A stretch of 64,000 bases of DNA from an uncultured Candidatus Binatia bacterium (GCA_965218425.1 OZ244621.1:1408001-1472000); one strand, 5' to 3'. Positions 30,997 to 42,568 are shown, counted from the first letter of the stretch. The notes: a model not told the origin generated them from the letters alone. Translations and numbers: made by a program.

Positions 30997-33633
30997 ATGA
31001 TCACCGGGAACGAGATCCGCAGCAGCTTTCTCGACCACTTTCGCAAGCTCGACCATAGTGTGGTGAGGAGCTCCTCATTGATTCCAGAAAAAGACCCAAC
31101 CCTCCTTTTCACCAACGCGGGAATGGTGCAGTTTAAAAATGTCTTTCTGGGGACAGAACGGCTCCCCTTCGTGCGAGCCGCTAGTTCCCAGAAGTGTTTA
31201 CGCATCAGCGGCAAACACAATGACCTGGAGGCCGTGGGACAAGACACCTACCACCATACCTTTTTTGAGATGTTAGGAAACTGGTCCTTCGGCGATTACT
31301 ATAAGGAACAGGCGATCCTTTGGGCCTGGGACCTGCTCACCCGGGAATGGGGACTGCCCAAGGACAAGCTATGGGTCACCGTCTACAAGGACGACGACGA
31401 AGCTGAAGAACTCTGGCACAAGGTCACAGGGATTCCCAAAAACCGTATCCAACGCTTTGGCGAGGAGGACAATTTTTGGGAGATGGGAGAGGTGGGCCCT
31501 TGCGGGCCTTGCAGTGAGATCCACATTGATCGTGGCGCTCAGGCCTGTGATCGAAAGCGGGAAAAAGGACACCGCTGTCAGGTGAACGCCGGCTGCGCCC
31601 GTTTCATCGAACTATGGAACCTGGTCTTTATTCAGTACAACAGGGACGAAGACGGGAAACTCTCGGAATTACCGGCGAAGCATGTGGACACCGGCATGGG
31701 ACTCGAACGGGTGGCCGCTGTGCTCCAGGGGGTCCTTTCCAATTACGACGTGGATCTACTACGAAACCTTATGGGCGCCACCGAAAGACTTTCAGGCAAG
31801 AAGTATGGCGACAACCTGGAGTCGGACGTATCCTTTCGGGTGATCGCCGACCACGCGAGGGCGGTGAGCTTTTTGACCGCCGATGGTGTCTTCCCCAGCA
31901 ACGATGGCCGCGGCTACGTGCTGAGAAGACTCCTCAGGCGTGCGAGCCGACATGGGCGAATGATCGGTCTTGAGGAGCCGTTTCTTCACCGTCTGGTGGA
32001 AACGGCGGCCGGGATCATGGGCAAAGCCTATCCCGAGCTTCAGACCGAACAGGTGCGGGTCCGCGCCACGATCCTGAGCGAGGAGGAACGATTCGCCGAG
32101 ACTCTAGACAAGGGACTGGTTCATCTAGAGGGCGCCCTGAAAGAAATGCGCAGGCAAAAGAAAAAGGTCCTTTCCGGTGAGACGGCCTTTCGGCTCTATG
32201 ATACCTTCGGGTTCCCCCTGGATCTCACGCAAGACATTCTCCGAAACGAAAAGGTAACCGTCGACCACGAGAGGTTTGAAAAACTCATGGAGGAACAGAA
32301 GAACCGTGGCCGAGAGGCCAGGGAGACCCTCCAAAGCGGTATTAAAATCCGGTTGGACCAGGAAACCCGATTCGTGGGGTATGACCGACTCGACCTCGAA
32401 TCATCCGTCATCGCCCTCTACGCCGAAGGGGAAAGCAAAAGAGAAGTGGGAGAGGGAACTCAAGTGGATCTCATCACCGCGGAGACCTCGTTTTATGGGG
32501 AAGCGGGAGGACAGGTGGGAGACCGGGGCACCATGGAAACTTCCCGTGGTGACACTTTGGAAATTCTGGACACCCAACACCTGACACCCCAGGTCATCGT
32601 GCACAGGGGACGGGTAACAAAGGGTCGAATCCAGGTGGGAGATAAGGTTCACCTGGTTGTGGACTCCAGACATCGGCAAAGAACCGGGCTCAACCATTCG
32701 GCAACCCATATCCTCCACTCCGTGCTCCGTCAGGAGCTGGGCGATCATGTACGCCAGGCTGGGTCTTTAGTGGCTCCGGATCGTTTGCGATTTGATTTCA
32801 ACCACACGGGTTCCATCTCCGCGGAAACTCTTCAGGCGGTGGAGGAAAAGGTCAACGAGAGAATCCGTTGGGATGCCGAGGTGAGGATTGAAGAGTCCAG
32901 TTACGAAGAAGCCCTTAAAAACGGCGCCCTCGCCTTCTTCGGCGAGAAGTACGGCGACCGGGTCCGCGTGATCAGCATCGGAGATTTTTCCCGGGAGCTC
33001 TGTGGGGGAACCCATGTGTACCGGTCGGGCGAAATTGGCCTGTTCAAGCTCCAAAGCGAGGCGGGTGTGTCTGCAGGGGTGAGACGCGTTGAGGCCTTAA
33101 CCGGAGAGGGGGCCCTGGACTTGATCCACCGCTATGAGCAAGACCTGAAGGCCGTTGCGGAATTGATCCGCTCCAATGCCGATGAAACTGTGGAAAGGAT
33201 CAAGAAGCTGCTGGAACAGCAAAAGGCCATGGAGAAAGAGATCGCACGCCTCCAGGGACAACTGGGGAAGAACCAGATCCCTGACTTGCTGGCTAAAAGA
33301 AGGGATATCAACGGCACAAGCGTGCTCATCACCGAGGTGGAAAAGGTGGACGCCAAACAACTCAGGGAAATTGCCGACCAGCTGAGAGACAAGATGGGAT
33401 CGGGTCTGGTGATCCTTTTAAGCACCGGAGACAAGAACGTCCAGTTGGTTTCCTCGGTAAGCAAGGATTTAATCCAGCGCTACCATGCCGGAGAGATTAT
33501 TAAGCGGCTGGCCCCGGTGGTGGGGGGGGGCGGCGGGGGACGCGCGGACTTCGCCCAGGCCGGAGGGAAAGACCCCACGAAATTGGCTGACGCATTGAAA
33601 AAGGCGGATGAGATCGTCAGGCAACTCAAATAG
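30997..33633 (+). CDS. alaS: Alanine--tRNA ligase
   Basis: DPTLLFTNAGM.QFK, HHTFFEMLGN, DTGMGLER, HSATH, ELCGGTH, GGGGG..FAQAGG. Confidence 0.99.
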   Translation: MITGNEIRSSFLDHFRKLDHSVVRSSSLIPEKDPTLLFTNAGMVQFKNVFLGTERLPFVRAASSQKCLRISGKHNDLEAVGQDTYHHTFFEMLGNWSFGDYYKEQAILWAWDLLTREWGLPKDKLWVTVYKDDDEAEELWHKVTGIPKNRIQRFGEEDNFWEMGEVGPCGPCSEIHIDRGAQACDRKREKGHRCQVNAGCARFIELWNLVFIQYNRDEDGKLSELPAKHVDTGMGLERVAAVLQGVLSNYDVDLLRNLMGATERLSGKKYGDNLESDVSFRVIADHARAVSFLTADGVFPSNDGRGYVLRRLLRRASRHGRMIGLEEPFLHRLVETAAGIMGKAYPELQTEQVRVRATILSEEERFAETLDKGLVHLEGALKEMRRQKKKVLSGETAFRLYDTFGFPLDLTQDILRNEKVTVDHERFEKLMEEQKNRGREARETLQSGIKIRLDQETRFVGYDRLDLESSVIALYAEGESKREVGEGTQVDLITAETSFYGEAGGQVGDRGTMETSRGDTLEILDTQHLTPQVIVHRGRVTKGRIQVGDKVHLVVDSRHRQRTGLNHSATHILHSVLRQELGDHVRQAGSLVAPDRLRFDFNHTGSISAETLQAVEEKVNERIRWDAEVRIEESSYEEALKNGALAFFGEKYGDRVRVISIGDFSRELCGGTHVYRSGEIGLFKLQSEAGVSAGVRRVEALTGEGALDLIHRYEQDLKAVAELIRSNADETVERIKKLLEQQKAMEKEIARLQGQLGKNQIPDLLAKRRDINGTSVLITEVEKVDAKQLREIADQLRDKMGSGLVILLSTGDKNVQLVSSVSKDLIQRYHAGEIIKRLAPVVGGGGGGRADFAQAGGKDPTKLADALKKADEIVRQLK

Positions 33634-33648
33634 AAGGCCAACGTCGCA

Positions 33649-34070
33649 ATGAGGATTCACGCGGATCGGTTGAAGGAAGAGACCCAAGGGTTCTGTGACA
33701 TCATCAACATCACCGAGAAGGTGCAGGACCGGGTGGAAAGGGAGAGGTTCCAGCAGGGTCTGGTCTCACTATTCGTTTCCGGTTCCACCGCAGCTCTCAC
33801 CACCATGGAATACGAGCCGGGTCTCATTCAGGATCTGAAGGACTTTCTGGAAACGACAATTCCGTCCAACAGAAGATATCGCCACGACGACCGTTGGGGG
33901 GATGACAACGGCTTTTCACACCTCCGAGCTTCACTGTTGGGTCCTTCCCTGCAGATCCCCGTTGGGGCTGGAAAATTACAGCTCGGAACTTGGCGGCAAA
34001 TCGTGCTGTTGGATTTTGACAACCGGCCGCGACGGCGTGAAATCCTTATTCAGATGATGGGAGAGACCAC

Positions 34071-34074
<4 letters not shown>
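33649..34074 (+). CDS. yjbQ: YjbQ (UPF0047) family protein
   Basis: GSTAALTT.EYEPGL, NG.SHLRASLLG.S, LGTW.QI. Confidence 0.9.
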
Positions 34075-35102
<1,028 letters not shown>

Positions 35103-35150
35103 GCCGGCCTCCCTCTGCCCCGGCCCAATTGGAAAGATCTCTAATACTAT

Positions 35151-35332
35151 TAACCGCAGGTTCTCGCAGATGTACGCAGACGAAGATTCGGAAATCGCAC
35201 CGCACAGACGCAGAGTGCGCTGAGGAAATCCGTTTTGCCCAACCGGGAGACGACGATTGGGCAAGAAACTTTGAGCCCTAATTTTTGTTTGTCGCCGTCT
35301 CCCGACAAACAAAAAGCCAATTCTCTACGGTG
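35151..35332. repeat. Twin-hairpin nested repeat element, copy 1
   Basis: Aligns with 52940-53112; hairpins at 35235-35264 and 35283-35314. Confidence 0.85.
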
Positions 35333-35388
35333 AAGTTCTTAACGAGATCTAATTCTGTCCGTGGCTGCGCTTCGCGCCTAGCGATCTT

Positions 35389-35838
35389 ATGAGCGTTGAT
35401 ATCGTAAACCTGAGCGAAGGGAGAAAAGTCTCCGCACGAAAGATCAAGGCCAAGGCCATTCGGATCCTTCAACTCCTGAAGAAAAATCAATCGGAGTTGA
35501 GTCTCGCGCTAGTAGGTAACGGAGAGATTCAGAGGTTAAATTCCCAATACCGCAACAAGAACGAGCCCACGGATGTGTTGTCTTTCTCCCTGGAAGGGGA
35601 CCTCTCAAAGGGGGAAAAGCTCCTCGGAGATGTGGTTATTTCAGTGGAGCAGGCGGAAAAGCAGGCCAAGGAGGGAATGAAAACTCTGGATATGGAGATT
35701 GAGATCCTGCTGATCCACGGTATCCTTCACCTTTTAGGATACGATCATGAAGTCTCCCCAAAAGAGGCCCGCCGAATGAAAGGGATGGAAACGAAGATCC
35801 AACGCGCACTTTGTGACCCGAGGAATTTGAGGATATAA
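35389..35838 (+). CDS. ybeY: rRNA maturation RNase YbeY
   Basis: LN.QYR.K..PTDVLSF, LGDVVIS, HGILHLLGYDH. Confidence 0.95.
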   Translation: MSVDIVNLSEGRKVSARKIKAKAIRILQLLKKNQSELSLALVGNGEIQRLNSQYRNKNEPTDVLSFSLEGDLSKGEKLLGDVVISVEQAEKQAKEGMKTLDMEIEILLIHGILHLLGYDHEVSPKEARRMKGMETKIQRALCDPRNLRI

Positions 35839-35877
35839 TAGTTAAAAGCCTGCGAACTCAGGGGATGGAGAAGACAA

Positions 35878-36979
35878 ATGCTAGACGACACCAAAGAGCA
35901 ATTAACCCAACTGGAAGAGAGACTGGATCTCCTCCGGAGGCGTCTTTGACCTCGATACGAAGGAGAAGCGACTACAGGAAATCAACCGGATAAGCTCCCG
36001 CTCCGATTTCTGGAACGATTCGGATAAGGCCCAGACCCTTCTTAAAGAACAAGCCGGCATCAAACAGACCCTGGAAGTTTGGCAAAGGAACAGGACCCAC
36101 CTCGACGAAGCCCAAATTTATCTTGAGCTGGCAGCCGTCGAAAACAGTGAAGAGGCCCTGGCAGAAGCGGCAGCCAAGGTAGCCCTTGTGGCCTCGGAAC
36201 TTCCTGAGATTGAGCTCAGCCGGATCCTGGGCGGTGTCGACGATCCGAGGAACGCCATTGTGAGCCTGCATCCGGGAGCTGGAGGCACTGAAGCTCAAGA
36301 CTGGGCTGAGATGTTGCTCCGGATGTATCTCCGTTGGGCCGACCGTGGAGGGTACAAGACGGAGATTTTGGAATATCAGCCCGGCGAGGAGGCGGGCACC
36401 AAGAGCGTGACCTTCACGGTGGAAGGGAACTATGCCTACGGCCACTTGAAGGCCGAGGCGGGTATCCACCGTCTGGTGCGGATCTCGCCCTTCGATGCCA
36501 ATTCCCGCCGCCACACTTCCTTTGCCTCGGTTTTCGTTTACCCAGAAGTGGATGAAACTATTAAAGTGGATATCAATGAGGCCGAGCTGCGCATTGACAC
36601 CTATCGGTCCAGCGGCGCTGGCGGACAACATGTTAACAAAACTGATTCGGCGGTTCGCATCACCCATCTCCCCACGAACATCGTGGTGGCTTGCCAAAAC
36701 GAGCGTTCCCAGCACAAGAACAAGGCAATGGCCCTAAAGATCCTTCGATCGCGTCTCTACGAACTGGAATCAGAAAAGCAAAAGGAAAAGATGGAGTCGT
36801 TTCATAAAACCAAAAAGGATATTGCCTGGGGAAGTCAAATCCGGTCCTATGTCCTCCATCCCTATCGAATGGTGAAAGATCACCGTACGAACGTCGAGGC
36901 GGGCAATGCGGATGGGGTCCTGGATGGCGACATCGACCGCTTCATCCAGGCCTATCTTCTTCAGGCAAGCGAGGACTGA
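35878..36979 (+). CDS. prfB: Peptide chain release factor 2, translated via programmed +1 frameshift
   Basis: ATG 35878 gives MLDDTKEQLTQLEERLDLLRRRL, then CTT TGA C (35944-35950) with GGAGG just upstream; +1 frame continues DLDTKE..DFWND; SPF and GGQ motifs. Confidence 0.97.
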
Positions 36980-37030
36980 GGGCAAAGCGGACTCAGTACT
37001 GAGTCACGAGTGCCGAGGACTGAGTCTTGG
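36980..37030. repeat. Post-stop palindrome GACTCAGTACTGAGTC with CTGAG-type repeats
   Basis: Perfect 16-bp palindrome at 36990-37005; second copy at 51452-51467. Confidence 0.8.
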
Positions 37031-37109
37031 ACACCGCAATAACGAAAAGACAGCAGTCAGTGGGCAGCGAGGAACTCAAAATGGGAGGCATTCTCTAGGG
37101 AGAAAAACC

Positions 37110-38486
37110 GTGAACACTACTGTAGTACAGGCCAGGGGTCGGCCGCCGGAGCGAAGCTCCGGATTTGTCGCCATTGTGGGCCGGCCCAACGTGGGAAAGT
37201 CTACCCTATTCAACCGACTCACCGGGGGAAAGACCGCCATCGTAGATAACTTTCCGGGGGTCACCCGGGACCGAAACTATGGAGAAGCCAAGTGGCTTGG
37301 AAGAACCTTTTCCCTCATCGATACGGGTGGATTCGAACCGGACCCCACCGCAGGATTAAAAAAGCAGATTCAGGAGCAAAGCCGTCTAGCCATAGAGGAA
37401 GCCGACATTATCGTCTTCTTGTTTGACGGGAAAATGGGATTGAATCCATTGGATCGGGAGGCTGCGGGCCTGCTGAGACGGGTGAAGAAACCGGTCCTCT
37501 TCGCGGTTAACAAAATTGACACGAAATCGAAAGAAAACCTCCTATACGAATTCTACGCTTTGGGTTTGAGTGAGATCTTTCCGCTTTCAGCAGAGCATGG
37601 AATAGGAGTTTCCGAGCTGATGGATCGCATAATGTCAACGCTTTCCAAACCAGACGAAGAAAGCGTCAAGGAAGAAACGCCAGGGCCCCGCCTTGCCATT
37701 GTGGGTAGACCCAATGTAGGGAAATCCACATTGGTGAACCGTCTTCTTGGTTACGAGCGCTCCGTGGTGGATGCCCATCCTGGCACTACACGGGACGCTT
37801 TGGAGTGCTCCTTGACCTGGATGAAGGAACAGTACACGTTAGTGGATACCGCCGGAATCCGGCGCCGGGCCAGGATCGTGGATCGGGTCGAGCGCTATAG
37901 CGTGGTACGTTCCCTTCGGTCGGTGGATCGGGGAGATGTGATTATTCACCTTCTGGACGGACCGGAAGGGATCACCTCTCAGGACGCTCAGATCATGGCC
38001 TATACGCTCCAGCGCGGCAAGGGAAGCGTCTTGGCCGTAAACAAATGGGACCTGATTCCAAAGAATCCACCGAACAAACGAGATCTCACCAATCGGGACA
38101 ACTGGAAGCCCGACTTTTTAAATTTTGCGCCCGTTGTATTCATCTCGGCGTTGACTGGATACGGCCTATCAGAGTTAATGGAACGAGTACACCAGGTTTC
38201 ATTGGAACAGCAACAGTGGTTTCGAACTTCCACCTTGAACCAGACGCTACGGGAAACGGTCGGCAGGCATACCCCGCCTCAGTATCGAGGACGCGAGGTG
38301 AAATTTTACTACGGGACACAGACCGACATCTGTCCACCCACATTTACTCTTTTTGTCAACTACGTGAAAGGAGTCCCGACGAGCTATGAACGCTACCTCA
38401 TTCATCGGCTCCGTTCGAATTTGAAATTGGCAAACTCACCCATCCGGCTCCTATTACGAGCCCGAAGGGAAAGGAGAGACCCTTGA
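37110..38486 (+). CDS. der: Ribosome biogenesis GTPase Der (EngA)
   Basis: Two GRPNVGKS domains, DTGG/DTAG, NKID/NKWD, C-terminal KH-like PPTF; start GTG 37110 approximate. Confidence 0.95.
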   Translation: MNTTVVQARGRPPERSSGFVAIVGRPNVGKSTLFNRLTGGKTAIVDNFPGVTRDRNYGEAKWLGRTFSLIDTGGFEPDPTAGLKKQIQEQSRLAIEEADIIVFLFDGKMGLNPLDREAAGLLRRVKKPVLFAVNKIDTKSKENLLYEFYALGLSEIFPLSAEHGIGVSELMDRIMSTLSKPDEESVKEETPGPRLAIVGRPNVGKSTLVNRLLGYERSVVDAHPGTTRDALECSLTWMKEQYTLVDTAGIRRRARIVDRVERYSVVRSLRSVDRGDVIIHLLDGPEGITSQDAQIMAYTLQRGKGSVLAVNKWDLIPKNPPNKRDLTNRDNWKPDFLNFAPVVFISALTGYGLSELMERVHQVSLEQQQWFRTSTLNQTLRETVGRHTPPQYRGREVKFYYGTQTDICPPTFTLFVNYVKGVPTSYERYLIHRLRSNLKLANSPIRLLLRARRERRDP

Positions 38487-38992
38487 AACAATCAAAGGGA
38501 AATGAATCTCTGGCGTTGTTCATTGCAGCGACGCAAGACGGGGTGGAGGAAGTCCGGCTCGGGAGCGGCGCTCGAAACACGGTGGTGCGCCAACGTTCAA
38601 AGAAGAGCCCTCCATCGGCCCGTCGTTGGAGGATGAAGGCCCAAAAGGAATTGCGGTCTTACCTGAGCGGGGGCACGAGGAATTTTTCCACTCCCTGCGA
38701 CTTACGGGGATTACCGGCATTCACCCATGCAGTCCTTAAGGCTGCAACTCGAATCCCCTACGGGGAAGTGAGAAGCTATGGATGGCTGGCCCAACGTTTG
38801 GGAAACCCCAAGGCTGCACGGGCCGTAGGGAACGCCCTGGCCAGAAATCCAATTCCCATTATCATTCCTTGCCATCGCGTAGTGAGGAGCAATGGAGCGC
38901 TTGGCGGCTATGCTCTCGGTACGGCATTGAAAAAAAGATTGTTGAAGTTGGAAGAAAGACACTCTCGGCTTCGAGGTAAGGTCCGAGGATGA
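38483..38992 (+). CDS. ogt: Methylated-DNA--protein-cysteine methyltransferase
   Basis: IPYGE.RSY, ARAVG.AL..NP.PIIIPCHRVV, LGGY. Confidence 0.9.
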   Translation: MKQSKGNESLALFIAATQDGVEEVRLGSGARNTVVRQRSKKSPPSARRWRMKAQKELRSYLSGGTRNFSTPCDLRGLPAFTHAVLKAATRIPYGEVRSYGWLAQRLGNPKAARAVGNALARNPIPIIIPCHRVVRSNGALGGYALGTALKKRLLKLEERHSRLRGKVRG

Positions 38993-39143
38993 CAAAAAAA
39001 GTTAGTCTTTAGGGGGCGGTTGGATTTTCTCCTTTTGCAGCAACCCCGGTAAGCAGCTAGAATCATCTACCTGACAAACCATTAAGGATTGCGGTAGACT
39101 ACCATTTGCAGGTGAAGTCTAGGAGGGCTCTCCTACGCCATCG

Positions 39144-40250
39144 TTGGACGAAAAAGAATATCTCCCATGGCTTGCGCTCAGGCATGTTAAGGGGTTGGGC
39201 TCCGTAGCGTTCAAAACCATTGTCGAGCACCTGGGGGATCCCATCTTGGCATTTGGGAAATCGGATGCGGAACTGGCTCAAATCCCCGGCCTTGAGAGCC
39301 AGGCTATCCAGAGCCTGCGTGGTTTCTCCGAATGGGGACTGGCCAGGCTGGAGATGGAACGGGTCGCCGCGGCGGGGGCAAAGATTATTCCTTATAATGA
39401 CGGGAACTATCCTCGCCGGCTACGGACCATCGCCGATCCCCCTCCCCTCCTTTATATGTTGGGAGAGCTCGGAGAAAGTATCGAAAAGGCAGTGGCTGTG
39501 GTGGGATCCCGAAGCGCCAGCGAGTACGGATTGAAGATGACCCGAGATCTCTGTTATGGCTTATCTTCCTCAGGTTTTGCAGTGATAAGCGGAATGGCCC
39601 GAGGAATCGACGGTCAAGCCCATGAGGCCGCACTGCAAGCTGGCGGCATGACGGCGGCTGTCCTCGGATCCGGCGTGGATGTCGCTTATCCTCCGGAACA
39701 TAAGGAGCTTTATCAAAGGATTTGCAAACATGGAGCCGTATTTTCCGAACTCCCCATGGGAACTCGCCCGTTCCCCTTTAATTTCCCCTCCCGTAACCGT
39801 CTCATCAGCGGCCTGTCACTGGGGGTAGTGGTGGTGGAAGCGACGGAAAAAAGTGGCTCTTTGATCACCGCCGGCCTGGCCAACGAGCAGGGAAGAGAAG
39901 TCTTCGCAGTGCCTGGTCAGGCCGGAGCGAGCCGGAGCCGCGGGACACACCAATTAATACGGCAGGGGGCGAAGTTGGTCGAGCGTATCGAGGACATTTT
40001 GGAAGAGATCGCTCCGCAACTCCATTCACAAGGCCGGGCGGTCATAGAACCTCCTCGTCCATCGTTGCCTCCCAATGCCAGCCTTGAGGCGAAGAATGTG
40101 TTTGAACTCGTAAAGGATTCTCCGCGCCAGATTGACGAGATCATCCAAGCAAGCGGGCTGTCATCGGCCAAGGTTTCGGAGATTCTATTAGATTTAGAAA
40201 TAAAAGGGCTGTTAAAGCAGCTACCTGGGAAAAGATTCAGGTCCGTTTGA
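39144..40250 (+). CDS. dprA: DNA-processing protein DprA
   Basis: YP..L..I.DPP, VGSR..S.YG, SGMARGID..AH, FP.RNRLISGLS, SGSLITA; C-terminal winged helix. Confidence 0.95.
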   Translation: MDEKEYLPWLALRHVKGLGSVAFKTIVEHLGDPILAFGKSDAELAQIPGLESQAIQSLRGFSEWGLARLEMERVAAAGAKIIPYNDGNYPRRLRTIADPPPLLYMLGELGESIEKAVAVVGSRSASEYGLKMTRDLCYGLSSSGFAVISGMARGIDGQAHEAALQAGGMTAAVLGSGVDVAYPPEHKELYQRICKHGAVFSELPMGTRPFPFNFPSRNRLISGLSLGVVVVEATEKSGSLITAGLANEQGREVFAVPGQAGASRSRGTHQLIRQGAKLVERIEDILEEIAPQLHSQGRAVIEPPRPSLPPNASLEAKNVFELVKDSPRQIDEIIQASGLSSAKVSEILLDLEIKGLLKQLPGKRFRSV

Positions 40251-40294
40251 TTGGGATAGGTGGATTGTAATATCATCGAATGTGAGAACAAAAC

Positions 40295-42565
40295 ATGGCA
40301 GCAAAAAATCTAGTGATCGTTGAATCTCCGGCCAAGGCAAAAACTTTGGAAAAGTACCTGGGAAGAGACTTCCAGGTAAAGGCCTCCGTGGGCCATGTGG
40401 TGGATCTACCCAAGAGCAAATTAGGAGTCGATATCAAGGGTGGGTTCACACCTGACTTCTGCGTCATTCAGGGAAAGAAAAAAATAATCGACGATCTCAA
40501 GCGCACCTCCAAGGGTAAAGAAAACATTTATCTAGCATCCGATCCTGACCGTGAGGGTGAAGCCATTGCTTGGCATCTTGCGGAGCAGCTTGGAAAGAAT
40601 GGCAGCCAATTCCATCGCCTCTTAATAAACGAAATCACTCGTAAGGCAGTTCAAGAGGCCATCAACCACCCGCAGAAGCTAGACCGAAAGAAGTTTGAAG
40701 CTCAGGTGGCCCGGCGAATTCTGGACCGTCTGGTGGGTTATCAGATCAGCCCGATCCTGTGGAAAAAAGTCCGCAGGGGTCTCAGCGCAGGACGGGTGCA
40801 GTCGGTGGCTGTACGGTTGGTCTGTGAACGTGAAAAAGAAATTCGCGCTTTCACCCCTCTCGAATACTGGTCCCTTACAGCCCTTCTAAAGGGACATGAG
40901 GGGCCCGAGTTTGAAGCCAAGCTGGTTCAGTGGCGCGGCTACAAATTCGACAATAAGAAGGTAAGGATCGCGAGCGAAAGTCAGGTTCAAGACATTACCG
41001 GATCTTTATATGGCGCATCCTGGGTCATTGGGCAGGTGGAAAAGAAAGAGCGCCGTCGATTTCCAGCCCCACCGTTTGTGACCAGTAAGCTCCAACAAGA
41101 GGCGGCCCGAAAGCTAGGGTTCCAACCCCAGCGTACCATGCAAGCAGCCCAAAGATTATACGAAGGTATTGAATTGGGCAGCGAGGGATCCGTTGGGTTG
41201 ATCACTTACATGCGAACCGATTCCACTCGTGTCTCTCCAGATGCCATTCAAAATGTACGTGGCTTTATCAAGGGTCAATACGGAGACAGTTACTTGCCGG
41301 ATAAACCGGTCGCCTATAGATCCAAGAGAGGAAGCCAAGACGCACACGAAGCCATCCGACCCACTTCCATGGATTATCGCCCCGATCGTGTGCGGAGTTT
41401 TCTGCGTCGCGATCTCTTTTCGCTCTACTGTTTGATATGGGATCGATTTGTCGCGAGCCAGATGCGGCCTGCCGTCTATGACCAGACAGCCTTTGACATT
41501 CAGGTGAGCGAAGGGATTTTCCGTGCCACCGGCCAGCAGCTGAAATTCGACGGTTTCATGAAGCTTTACATCGAAGGGAAAGACGATGAGGATGAGGAAA
41601 AGGATTCCACCCTCCCGGACTTGCAGGTGGGAGAAAACCTGACCTTACTTTCCCTCGAGCCACGTCAACACTTTACTCAACCCCCCCCCCGCTTCTCTCA
41701 GGCTTCCCTGATCAAGGAGTTGGACGAGAAAGGAATTGGAAGACCCTCCACCTATGCCGTCATCGTTTCCAACATCCTTACCAGAGAATACGTCGCCCAG
41801 GATGAGCGGAGAACCCTCGTACCCACAGAGTTAGGGATGCTCATCACCGATCTTTTGGTGGATTGCTTTCCCGATATTCTAAACGTTGAGTTCACCGCAG
41901 GGATGGAAAATAATTTAGACAAAATCGAGGCAGGTAGCGAGGACTGGACCAAGGTCATGAAACGCTTCTACACCTCTTTCTCCCGTGACCTCAAAATGGC
42001 TGAGGCCGAAATGAGAGATGTGAAGCGAGAAGAGGTCCCCACGGATATCGCCTGCGAGAAGTGTGGGGCCATGATGGTTGTGAAATGGGGGCGAAACGGC
42101 GAGTTCCTTGCCTGCCCAAAGTATCCTGACTGTAAAAACACCAAGAACTTTACCCGCGACGAAGAGGGTAAGATCACGGTTGAGGACGGCGAAACCGGAG
42201 AAATCTGTGAGAAGTGTGGACGGCCCCTGGAAATCCGCTGGGGGAAATACGGTCGGTTTTTGGGATGCGGCGGCTATCCAGAATGCAAAAACATGCGCCC
42301 GTTGACGAAACCTGTGGAGCTTGGGATTAGCTGTCCGTCCTGTGGAGAAGGCAATCTCCACGAGAAAAAATCCCGGCGCGGCAAGATCTTTTTTGCCTGC
42401 GATCGCTATCCTGATTGTCGCTTTGCCAGCTGGGACCGCCCCGTGGGAGAGCCCTGTCCTAAATGCAGCACCCCCATCCTTCTGGAGAAGGTCACCAAGA
42501 AAGCAGGTAGGGTTCGCCGGTGTCATAAAGAAGACTGCGACTATACGATTCAGATGACAGAGTAA
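40295..42565 (+). CDS. topA: DNA topoisomerase I
   Basis: LVIVESPAKAKT, DPDREGEAI, SAGRVQS, ITYMRTDS, GIGRPSTY, C4 zinc ribbons. Confidence 0.99.
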   Translation: MAAKNLVIVESPAKAKTLEKYLGRDFQVKASVGHVVDLPKSKLGVDIKGGFTPDFCVIQGKKKIIDDLKRTSKGKENIYLASDPDREGEAIAWHLAEQLGKNGSQFHRLLINEITRKAVQEAINHPQKLDRKKFEAQVARRILDRLVGYQISPILWKKVRRGLSAGRVQSVAVRLVCEREKEIRAFTPLEYWSLTALLKGHEGPEFEAKLVQWRGYKFDNKKVRIASESQVQDITGSLYGASWVIGQVEKKERRRFPAPPFVTSKLQQEAARKLGFQPQRTMQAAQRLYEGIELGSEGSVGLITYMRTDSTRVSPDAIQNVRGFIKGQYGDSYLPDKPVAYRSKRGSQDAHEAIRPTSMDYRPDRVRSFLRRDLFSLYCLIWDRFVASQMRPAVYDQTAFDIQVSEGIFRATGQQLKFDGFMKLYIEGKDDEDEEKDSTLPDLQVGENLTLLSLEPRQHFTQPPPRFSQASLIKELDEKGIGRPSTYAVIVSNILTREYVAQDERRTLVPTELGMLITDLLVDCFPDILNVEFTAGMENNLDKIEAGSEDWTKVMKRFYTSFSRDLKMAEAEMRDVKREEVPTDIACEKCGAMMVVKWGRNGEFLACPKYPDCKNTKNFTRDEEGKITVEDGETGEICEKCGRPLEIRWGKYGRFLGCGGYPECKNMRPLTKPVELGISCPSCGEGNLHEKKSRRGKIFFACDRYPDCRFASWDRPVGEPCPKCSTPILLEKVTKKAGRVRRCHKEDCDYTIQMTE

Positions 42566-42568
42566 GGT

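Noticed and set aside
33519..33540. G-rich tract in alaS as a phase-variation site
   Set aside because: Encodes the conserved GGGGG motif of the AlaRS C-terminal domain, in frame, in an essential gene
36906..37109. N-terminal extensions in the ORF track for der (also 23422-23541 and 21931-22035 for the ACADs, and 12541-12777 for the porin)
   Set aside because: They translate intergenic repeat or promoter DNA; better starts with RBS or family-typical N-termini lie downstream
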